A DNA stretch of 64,000 nucleotides from a virus (Duplodnaviria > Caudoviricetes). Below the pieces are notes generated by a model. The model was not told where the DNA came from. It saw nothing but the letters and a program-made list of their open reading frames with translations, and did not search any database. The stretch lies in the IMG/VR virus record IMGVR_UViG_3300048561_000027, positions 146 to 64,145 of that record; one strand, 5' to 3'. The translations under genes were made by a program, and so were the position numbers. This document shows, one piece after another, positions 19,375-27,511 of this stretch (positions are counted from its first letter, which is position 1; the number at the start of each line of letters is the position of its first letter).

Positions 19375-19704
19375 TCAAACAGAATTAGACAACACGCCAA
19401 CAGTCGATGCGTAGTGCATAAACTCCAACACTTTTTCCTTTTTTCTCTTTTGCATTCCTGCGTCTACCCAATGCTCTCCGATAACCTCATACTCTATCAA
19501 CAAAGCAATGACCCCCATCAAATCATTAAGCTCATATACCATACGTTCTCTATTAGTAGGGCCGGTAGGGTCGAGTACGTTTAGATTAGATACTCCGAAC
19601 CGCAGTGATTTCATTGCGTCTTTAGCTACCTCGTTGCACTCTTCCGCCAAACAAGCCAACAGATGTTCTTTAATATTCATGTAATTTACTCCTTTACTTT
19701 GCAT
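19375..19704 (-). CDS. MazG-like protein
   Basis: LAEECNEVAK...RFG...ELNDL. Confidence 0.6.
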   Translation of the reverse strand: MQSKGVNYMNIKEHLLACLAEECNEVAKDAMKSLRFGVSNLNVLDPTGPTNRERMVYELNDLMGVIALLIEYEVIGEHWVDAGMQKRKKEKVLEFMHYASTVGVLSNSV

Positions 19705-19728
19705 TCATCAGGAATTAAGCGTTTTACT

Positions 19729-20013
19729 CTAAGGCTTTGGTAATAGGTGGTTGTACTGTGCGTGTAGCGCAACTGCCTCAGTAATTCCAGTTGCAGTAAT
19801 TTTGTAGGCGCGATGTCCGCCGTACCGTATGTTTCCCGCATACTCCACCAAACCCCGATGTCGAAGACTCTCCATAATCCTGACCGTAATAGAAACGGAG
19901 CCGCAACTCCAGTGCGAAAAGAATGAATTCCAAAATCCATTGGAGGTATTCCACATTTGCAGTAGCGCGTATATTTGTAGATTGGTGAGCGGGCGCTTCA
20001 ACCTATTCATCAA
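19729..20013 (-). CDS. Hypothetical protein, possible winged-helix
   Basis: SLRHRGLVEY...YKITATG. Confidence 0.45.
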   Translation of the reverse strand: MMNRLKRPLTNLQIYALLQMWNTSNGFWNSFFSHWSCGSVSITVRIMESLRHRGLVEYAGNIRYGGHRAYKITATGITEAVALHAQYNHLLPKP

Positions 20014-20161
20014 GGAATAACTCCTCCGTCAGCGCCCCGCCGCAGTACGGGCAGTATTCGAACCCGTTTTCTGTCGGGCCGCCATCATTAAACACAAAAC
20101 TATGGCCGCAGCTTGTATTAAAGGTTTCGTCACTATCTTCAATCCACATACATTTATCCAT
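20003..20161 (-). CDS. Small Zn-ribbon protein, 52 aa
   Basis: Manual translation MDKCMW...TSCGH...YCPYCGG. Confidence 0.6.
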   Translation of the reverse strand: MDKCMWIEDSDETFNTSCGHSFVFNDGGPTENGFEYCPYCGGALTEELFLDE

Positions 20162-20175
20162 ATCTATGCCCCCAG

Positions 20176-20439
20176 TTATTCGTCGTACTCCGCAAGCGTA
20201 TCTTCAATAATCTTTCTGATCTGCCCGTCCTCGCCAGTTAGTGCGAGCACGGCGCGTAACGTCTCACACAACGCGATCACTGCTCCGCACTTCTCTCTAT
20301 ACATGCCCTCGCATACAGTTCTTGCGTATTCGTCATTTGCACAATCGCCTTCATGTTTCATCTCCACGACAACGTTAGGTGCTGAAAAATCCAAATTAAT
20401 ACCTCGATTGCCGCCCACCCAATTAACGCGATCACGCAA
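20176..20439 (-). CDS. Hypothetical protein
   Basis: ORF in GC-richer patch. Confidence 0.5.
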   Translation of the reverse strand: MRDRVNWVGGNRGINLDFSAPNVVVEMKHEGDCANDEYARTVCEGMYREKCGAVIALCETLRAVLALTGEDGQIRKIIEDTLAEYDE

Positions 20440-20849
20440 ACCATAAATAAAAAATCTCTGTCACTAGACTCGAACATACGTCACCACTCTTTATACACAA
20501 TTAACTTAACTTCCGCCTTAGCTCTGCGATCTGCTCCAGAACTGGCCATAAATCACGCGGCAGCCTTGCGGCAATCCCGGACCTTGGCCCTCCCGGCACA
20601 CGAGACGCACAAGCGAACCACGATGGCGATATGTTGCCGCGCACATACCATTGTCCGTCGATCTGGAATTCTTCCGCTTCTCTGGACGGGTAATCCGTTT
20701 CGCCGCCCCAATCTTGCAATGACATGGATTGATGTTTGCCTTCACTGGCAGACAAGTACCGCTTCCCCGCCGCTGATTTGAGAAACGATCTCACCGTCAG
20801 CGCCCCGCCGCCATCGCACGTACTATCCACTCAGCTTTTGGTATATTCA

Positions 20850-21125
20850 TCATAGTCCCCTCCGGCTATCCGGCCATAGGGGACAAGTCGATAGCGGTAT
20901 CAACGTACCATACCCGGCTCTACGTCGCTCTAACGCCCTCCAGCGACTCCCGTTTTTCTCAGCGAACCAGCATGTTTCAGCGCACCCGAATTTCTGAGTC
21001 GCGTAGAATATGCAGACGCGCCCGTCAGGAAAATCGGTTGCGCACGTAGGATTTCCCTCGTGGTCGCGATAACGGACCAAGGGGACAAGATGTATTTCCA
21101 TACTTGCTAACTGGTCATTGCTCAT
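20850..21125 (-). CDS. Cys-rich hypothetical protein; paralogue of 41221-41487
   Basis: First 86 nt identical to the 41221 copy. Confidence 0.75.
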   Translation of the reverse strand: MSNDQLASMEIHLVPLVRYRDHEGNPTCATDFPDGRVCIFYATQKFGCAETCWFAEKNGSRWRALERRRAGYGTLIPLSTCPLWPDSRRGL

Positions 21126-21126
21126 C

Positions 21127-21264
21127 TCAGCCCTCCTTTAGATCTTCAATATTTGATATTAACTTTAATTCGGGTTTACTAGCTGACCTAGATTTATCTG
21201 GCTCAACTAAATTGTTCCAAATCAATTTTAAATCATGTTCGCTTTTATTAAGTAAAGTTTTCAT
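21127..21264 (-). pseudogene. Chimeric 45-aa remnant: N-terminus of 24745-24978 fused to the SspB C-terminal tail
   Basis: MKTLLNKSEH (cf. MKTLINKDEH) + DLKLIWNNLVEPD...KPELKLI (cf. NLKLIWNNPVEPD...KPELKLI). Confidence 0.75.
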
Positions 21265-21292
21265 TTTAGTAATCTATTGGGTTAATTCAATT

Positions 21293-21904
21293 TCACGCAC
21301 CAGGTCCATATGAATCCAAATCGTCCCAATCATTATTGGAAGTACGGGCGGGACTATCCAATAATAGCGCGTACTTGCCTGGACTCCACGACAACGGGGG
21401 ACTGGCTTCCATAGCAGCATTAAAGACGTTTATGGTGTTTACTAAATAATCCGGCGCGTCCTCGCCTTCAATTAAGACATCTTTAAAGTAATTAACGTCA
21501 ATACGGGCACGTTCGGGCTCACAAACACGCAAATTTAAGCTGCTCAATGTCTGGCCTTCTTCTAAATCATCCTCTGCCTCACCTGGACTGCTATAAAAAC
21601 GCTCCGTGGTCTCCGAATACAGCATAGCTACACCATCCCACTCTTTTTTAAGTCTGGAATCAAAACACTTTTGATCTAATAGTTCACAACAGTCATCACA
21701 AACCATATGAGATTTTACACAAGGCTTTCCACAGTTTTTACAACCCACATGAGTACAGCCGTCATATCTAGCCATGTCTTCTGCGGAACTGCCAGTACCA
21801 TAAAAATTGCCGTGTCTGGACACCCAACCACTAAGTCCGGTTTGGAATGTCGCGGCTTCCGGGTCATCTAGCATAACAATGGTATTTTTAATGTTCATAA
21901 TCAA
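21293..21904 (-). CDS. Hypothetical protein, paralogue of 22186-23070
   Basis: Shared TGLSGWVSRHG...ARYDGCTHVGCKNCGKPC...PPLSWSP. Confidence 0.8.
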   Translation of the reverse strand: MIMNIKNTIVMLDDPEAATFQTGLSGWVSRHGNFYGTGSSAEDMARYDGCTHVGCKNCGKPCVKSHMVCDDCCELLDQKCFDSRLKKEWDGVAMLYSETTERFYSSPGEAEDDLEEGQTLSSLNLRVCEPERARIDVNYFKDVLIEGEDAPDYLVNTINVFNAAMEASPPLSWSPGKYALLLDSPARTSNNDWDDLDSYGPGA

Positions 21905-21983
21905 TAATAGATTTTTTACCTTAATTAATCAAGTCATTAATAGCTGTGGCAATGCTTGTATAGGTAGGTTTAATGGTTATCAG

Positions 21984-22157
21984 ATTTGAATAATTTAGCT
22001 GGATCTAATGGATACAATAAATCAACACTGTCGGGTTCAAGTAATCCGGTTTGATCTGGGTGGGGATCGTAACACATTTTCCCGTAATTCCACAACGTAG
22101 CATGGTATAACCCACGATTAGACATACCGCACACAATGAAATAGCCCTCATAATTTT
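21984..22157. repeat. 174-bp exact direct duplication of 23801-23974
   Basis: Base-by-base identity; offset 1817 bp. Confidence 0.95.
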
Positions 22158-22185
22158 TCTTTGTTTCATCTCTGGTCCCCTCCGG

Positions 22186-23070
22186 TTATTTAAGACTCTT
22201 TAAACAATCAGGTGGCCACTTCCCTTCCGCTTTCAGTCTAGCAATTTTCCGTATATTGTAATTCTCAGTCTTCTGCTCAATTTCGTCCACAGTGTCGTGG
22301 TTAAAATCGATATGACAAGTATTGCAACACCGTTCGCCGTCGTCGCCGTACAAAAAATGCTCTTCATTGCCATGACCAATGAATAATAGATGACGCAATT
22401 TCTTTTCTTTTACTTCGCTCATATTCTCAGTCGTTTTGGCGGTTTTCTCTTCGGTTTCAGGTTTTAATGCACTGGGTCCGTATGAATCAAGATCATCCCA
22501 ATCATTATTGGGCATACGTGGGGAACTGTCCAATAACAGCGCATATTTACACGGACTCCACGATAACGGTGGATTAGCCTTCATAGTGGCGTTAAAGGCG
22601 TTTATAGCATTTAGTAAATAATCCGGCGCGTCCTCATCTTCAATTAGGATATCCTCAAAATCATCAACGTCAATACGGGCGCGTTCGGGCTCACAAATAC
22701 GTAAATTTAAACTATGCAATGTCTGGTCTTCCGCTAAATCATCTTCGGCCTCCTCCGGACTGGAATAAAAGATCTCTTTAGATTCCGAATACAACATCGA
22801 CACTCCATCCCATTCTTTTTTGGGTCTGGCATCAAAACGCTTTTGATCAAGCCTTTTACTACAGACATCACAAGCTGTGTAAGACTTCTGGCAGGGCTTT
22901 CCACAGTTTTTACAACCCACATGAGTACAGCCGTCATATCTAGCCATGTCTTCTGCGGAACTGTCGTCCCCATAAAAACGTCCGTGTCGGGACACCCACC
23001 CACTTAAATCGGTCCGGAATGTCGCGGCTTCCGGGGCATCTCGCATAACAATGATATTTTTAGTATCCAT
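22186..23070 (-). CDS. Hypothetical protein (longer paralogue with extra C-terminal domain)
   Basis: 294-aa ORF. Confidence 0.8.
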   Translation of the reverse strand: MDTKNIIVMRDAPEAATFRTDLSGWVSRHGRFYGDDSSAEDMARYDGCTHVGCKNCGKPCQKSYTACDVCSKRLDQKRFDARPKKEWDGVSMLYSESKEIFYSSPEEAEDDLAEDQTLHSLNLRICEPERARIDVDDFEDILIEDEDAPDYLLNAINAFNATMKANPPLSWSPCKYALLLDSSPRMPNNDWDDLDSYGPSALKPETEEKTAKTTENMSEVKEKKLRHLLFIGHGNEEHFLYGDDGERCCNTCHIDFNHDTVDEIEQKTENYNIRKIARLKAEGKWPPDCLKSLK

Positions 23071-23092
23071 AGTTAATAATAAATTTTTTACC

Positions 23093-23787
23093 TCATTTAA
23101 TCAAGTCATTAATAGCTGCCGCAATGCTAATATAGGTGGGTTTGATGTCATGTCTGACCTCTATTCCATCTGGAGTTTTTATCAAAAACGTTCCGTTGCG
23201 TTCTTGATCACTTAAATCCTTCGTCCAATTACGACCTATTGTAAACAACATTTCGTGCATGGCTGCTGTGTTTTTATTATGTAATTCCCGATGTGAAAAA
23301 AAGATCGGCAATACATTTGCAAACTGTTGCGTTGCCAATCCTGGGCTCGCCACAGCAAGGCATTAACCACGTCTTCTTTAGGTACGTTAAAAACTCTACT
23401 ATCAAACACTTGTAAAGCTCCAACATTACCTAACATCGAATAAAACCGATTAAACTCTACTGACATCGTGGCCGCGCTTATAGAAATTAACTTATTTAAA
23501 TCATAGCCAAACCAGCCTTGCGTTTCTAACGTGTCATAATCGGTAAGGACAAAACTGGCTTCATCACTTTGCACATACGCACATTTAAATCCCTGCATAT
23601 CAAACGCGGTTATTTTAGCCGCCACTACCATAGCTTGCATCAAAGACTTATCAAAAGGTTTTCCACACATTCTAGTAAACGTATGAAAATCCCGCCCGTC
23701 TACTCTAATCATTACAGGCATTCTAGGCATGGCTTGTCTGGCCATTACAGCTTCGTATTGTTTAATCCGATTGCCTAAATTTGACAT
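23093..23787 (-). CDS. thg1: tRNA(His) guanylyltransferase Thg1-like, split by a -1 frameshift at a T7 run (23296-23302)
   Basis: IRVDGRDFHTFT, YVQSDEASF, FDSRVF, WRAQDWQRNS in one frame; FFSHRELHNKN...GRNW...NGTF continues in the -1 frame. Confidence 0.9.
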
Positions 23788-24203
23788 TAGGGTTTCTCCA
23801 ATTTGAATAATTTAGCTGGATCTAATGGATACAATAAATCAACACTGTCGGGTTCAAGTAATCCGGTTTGATCTGGGTGGGGATCGTAACACATTTTCCC
23901 GTAATTCCACAACGTAGCATGGTATAACCCACGATTAGACATACCGCACACAATGAAATAGCCCTCATAATTTTCTAACCATTCATAACCATTTGGTAAG
24001 GATAACGATATCGATATAATACCAAACCCTTTTTCTGCGAGCCATTTTCGAACAGATCCCCACCATTGGCTAGTAGTGTCATATCCATCCACACCATCAA
24101 AAAAATTTGGCACCTCGTCTAATGTCAACTCAAATAAGGACGCCAAACACGCACTGTAACAATTACCTCTCGGACCTTTTTCTGTTTGCATAACTGGTTT
24201 CAT
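23787..24203 (-). CDS. Hypothetical protein, possible C39/papain-like
   Basis: GNCYSACLASL ... HATL ... YDP. Confidence 0.5.
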   Translation of the reverse strand: MKPVMQTEKGPRGNCYSACLASLFELTLDEVPNFFDGVDGYDTTSQWWGSVRKWLAEKGFGIISISLSLPNGYEWLENYEGYFIVCGMSNRGLYHATLWNYGKMCYDPHPDQTGLLEPDSVDLLYPLDPAKLFKLEKP

Positions 24204-24748
24204 TGTATTTCATCCTTATTTGTAATTAACTTTAATTCAGGTTTAATCCTTAGTTTGGGTCTATCTGGTTCAACGGGATTGTTCCAAATCAATTTTAAAT
24301 TTGGTTTGTTCGGAATTAAATTTTTTGGAAATGGCTGTTGCGCTGGCAAAAATTTTGGTTGCCCAACATCTTGCATGTAAAAGTTAATTGTTTCAGTGTG
24401 GAAAGTTTGACCTTTGCTGGCATCTTCGACTCGATTAAAATTAAAATATACCACGTCTTCTTCGTGGTTTAGAGGAAAGATAGCGCGTATAGCTGGATAT
24501 GGAATAAATACGGTAAAAGGAATTGTGTTAAAACGAGCCGTAAATGAAACTCCTTGTTCCAAGAATTGCAAATCCACAATTGCCTGTACACCTAAATTAA
24601 AAACAATCTCTTTAGAATCTTTTTTAGCCGTTGGCAACACCGGAAGCACCGCTCCAGGACTGGTTTTATCAACTACAACATAGGGATTTCCAATTTGTGT
24701 TTGAAAATACTCACACAATGCCTGGGCAACACAAGCTAATTTTTTCAT
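24200..24748 (-). CDS. sspB: SspB-like ClpXP adaptor
   Basis: NPYVVVD..PG...IVFNLGVQAI.DL....VSFTARF...V.IP..AIRAIF; unstructured tail with LKLI motifs. Confidence 0.8.
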   Translation of the reverse strand: MKKLACVAQALCEYFQTQIGNPYVVVDKTSPGAVLPVLPTAKKDSKEIVFNLGVQAIVDLQFLEQGVSFTARFNTIPFTVFIPYPAIRAIFPLNHEEDVVYFNFNRVEDASKGQTFHTETINFYMQDVGQPKFLPAQQPFPKNLIPNKPNLKLIWNNPVEPDRPKLRIKPELKLITNKDEIQ

Positions 24749-25408
24749 TTTACCAACTTCTTACACTCATTAACCATATCAATATTTACCGAAGCCGATA
24801 TATCAAACAACGTTCGCATGGTTTCGGTTTGATCTTCTGGCTGTAAACAAACCAATCGAAACGTGTTGTCCATTTTCCTCACCACTACCCATAAAGGCGT
24901 GTTTGACCAACCCGGACCACAAGCGTATTCGGCATATGCGGTAACAATATGTTCGTCTTTATTGATTAAAGTTTTCATTTTATCAATTCAACCAAATCCG
25001 AAAAATAATTCTCGACTTCATGATATCCACTGCTATGCCCGTACTCCCAAGCTAACGCAAAAGCTTTTTCAAATTTAGCGTCTCGTTCTAGCCCATGAGT
25101 TCGAGCCAATTTATCTTTGAATTCATCCAGTTCTCGTTGTCGTTTGATCTGGCGTTCCCTAAGCAGACATTCGTTTGGTGTTAAAGTTGTATTCACTATT
25201 CACACTCCTTAAATTTATAAAAATCAAACCCGGAATTATCCGAACATTTGGGCACATTTAACAATTTAGCCAATACCACTCTATCGTCCTCATGCTGTTC
25301 TCGATTAGAGCAACAACCACAGCCTTCTGAATACATATAGTTGGCAATTGCTGTACGTAACAGCTTTCTAAATGTTTTCAAATTCACAGCCTTTTTGGTT
25401 GCGTTCAT
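24745..25408 (-). CDS. Three small hypothetical proteins (24745-24978, 24975-25196, 25196-25408)
   Basis: Translationally coupled ORFs. Confidence 0.65.
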
Positions 25409-25437
25409 TTATATACCCTACTAATTTCCATTAAATT

Positions 25438-25514
25438 TGGTACGTCTGATCAGATTCGAACTGATACTTAACAGGGCTTAAACCTGTTGCCTCTACCAAT
25501 TGGGCCACAGACGC
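25438..25514 (-). tRNA. trnL: tRNA-Leu (anticodon UAA), short variable loop, encoded CCA
   Basis: GCGTCTG acceptor, ACAGG-TTTAAGC-CCTGT anticodon arm, ATCAG-TTCGAAT-CTGAT T arm, ACCA end; 77 nt. Confidence 0.9.
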
Positions 25515-25598
25515 AAAAACTATCTATACAAATCCACGTAATCCCCAAAATTTACATAAAAGACGGTAAGCAGGTGTTCATAATCCCCGGCCTTAAAA

Positions 25599-26587
25599 TT
25601 AAACAGTTGTTACCCCCAAATTCTTTTCCGCAGTGTTGAACAATTCAACGTAGCTTTTATATTGACAACACCACGCTTGATAATCAATCCTTACATCCGA
25701 ATCGGGAATTATAAGCATATTTTTGTGTATTTTAAAACGCAACTTCATCATTCGTCCCATGACGTAATCACAATCGATCTTAATTGGAACATCTGTTTCA
25801 TCGGTTTGTTTCCTTCCGTCTCTATAATCCAATTCATTATAGGCGTGATTCCAAACGGCTTCCCGATCTTGATGAGGGCCACGATCTTGAAAAATTCCCA
25901 GACCAAGCGGTCCTTTACAAGCCTGCCACGCCAACCATACGGCTTCTTTTGCTACGTCCAGGGCGTGTTGTTCTGACTTATAGGTACGAATCATGCTATA
26001 TTCTCCCGTTGTTTATCTATACAAATCAACGTAATTGCCGAAATTGGCTTCAAAAACTTCGAGCAAATGCTCGTAATCACCTGCCATCATATCATCCGTA
26101 ATAACTTTAGATTCCAGCCCCAACTGTTTACATAACGAAGTAGCTTGTGCAAGCAACCAAAATGCATTTCCTTGTGGTCCGGTTAAATCAATCTGAAGTT
26201 TCTTCGTTTTTAACTCAGCTACCGATTTAATGCCCATGCCTATATCTCCAATTACTTAGAAAAATAGATGTGTTTTTACTTACTTCTACACTTCAAATTT
26301 CCGTAAAAATTTTCTTTACACACAGCTACGGTTTTATTCTCGGCATCGACAACTTTCTGTCGCCGCAAGAAATCGGGCTTTTTAACCGTGAAAGTATCTT
26401 TGGATTTAATTCCATTGGATTTGTCTACCACAACGCATTCCATGTTGCCGTAATTGTTGGTAGTACAAGTTACCTCCCCGGCCTCCACAACATTAACGGC
26501 AATAATCAAGCTTGTAATTACACAAGCCATGCCCCAAATTAGGGCTTCAAAAAATTTAGTTCCTAGTGTTTTGTGTTCGCCGTACAT
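25599..26587 (-). CDS. Three hypothetical proteins (25599-25994, 26013-26237, 26276-26587)
   Basis: Consecutive ORFs; 26276-26587 has a signal-peptide-like N-terminus. Confidence 0.6.
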
Positions 26588-26665
26588 ATTATTTACTCCT
26601 AATGTTTCTGTAAAGTGTCGATGGTGACAAGAATAAAGTTTTTACTTCAATTAATCAAGTAATTT

Positions 26666-27076
26666 TTAACATCTGCTGTAAAAAACATGATCTTGCTCAA
26701 TCGCGACAATTTTATTTCCTCTGGCCCAATACGGAAAAATATTCAATTTGTGATAACACATGGCTGAAATTGGTTTTGACTCTCTCTCTTTATTGTTTAA
26801 TAGTCGCCACGCCACGTCTTTGCTTTCTACCCAAGCTTTGTCATATAGTCCTGGAATTGGTACAAATCTGTCTTGGAACTGATTTAAAAAAGAAAATTGA
26901 TAAACCAGTCTCTTTTTTACCCGACGATTTTGAAAAACGACTTTACAGACATCGTTGGGGTATTTTTCAGATAAAGTACGGGAGATAATAACGTCTCCAA
27001 CATATTCTTTACCTTTTATACTCTGATCAGAGGCTTCAAAATAAATCGCTAGTGCTAAACATAGTAAAGTTTCCAC
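26666..27076 (-). CDS. Cell wall hydrolase, SleB/Hydrolase_2 family
   Basis: CLALAIYFEA, VGDVIISR, VC.VVFQ, YQFSF, HVFY. Confidence 0.88.
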   Translation of the reverse strand: METLLCLALAIYFEASDQSIKGKEYVGDVIISRTLSEKYPNDVCKVVFQNRRVKKRLVYQFSFLNQFQDRFVPIPGLYDKAWVESKDVAWRLLNNKERESKPISAMCYHKLNIFPYWARGNKIVAIEQDHVFYSRC

Positions 27077-27154
27077 GATAACTTATACCTGCTAGACGTA
27101 AAATCAACTAACAGTATAAAAGTTTTTATAAGTTTAATCAAGTTATATTAAACT

Positions 27155-27290
27155 AACTGCCCGTCTTTCCGGGCTGTCACATAACCCACTGTTTCACCGG
27201 CATTTCTCTGATTTAGATGACTTTATGATGGCATCTAAATTCATGTTCCCTTATTACAAGGCCAGCCGTTAAGGGAGAGTTATGACTCAC
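27155..27290 (-). ncRNA. Candidate structured intergenic RNA
   Basis: Nested stems GTCATAACTC/GGGTTATGTGAC, CCCTTA/TAAGGG, ATTTAGATG/CATCTAAAT, terminal GCCCG-GAAAGA-CGGGC. Confidence 0.45.
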
Positions 27291-27508
27291 CCATCAATTT
27301 TGCTTTTAATAGGTTCTAACGTGTAACATTTTAATTTGTGTTCCAAACATTGTGGCATTTTAAGGTTTGGATCGCCTACATATTCGGCAACTATTGTCGG
27401 AAGTCTGCCACACTCTAATCGAATAGTAGCTGTACACAAACGTTTCGTTGAAACTCCAAACATTTCCAAAATCGCAATGTTTAAATCGTCAATTTTATCG
27501 GTAGTCAT
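27287..27508 (-). CDS. Hypothetical protein
   Basis: ORF directly after thyA. Confidence 0.5.
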   Translation of the reverse strand: MTTDKIDDLNIAILEMFGVSTKRLCTATIRLECGRLPTIVAEYVGDPNLKMPQCLEHKLKCYTLEPIKSKIDG

Positions 27509-27511
27509 AGT

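Noticed and set aside
21293-23070. Diversity-generating retroelement (TR/VR pair)
   Set aside because: Differences between the paralogues are not adenine-restricted, and no reverse transcriptase is present
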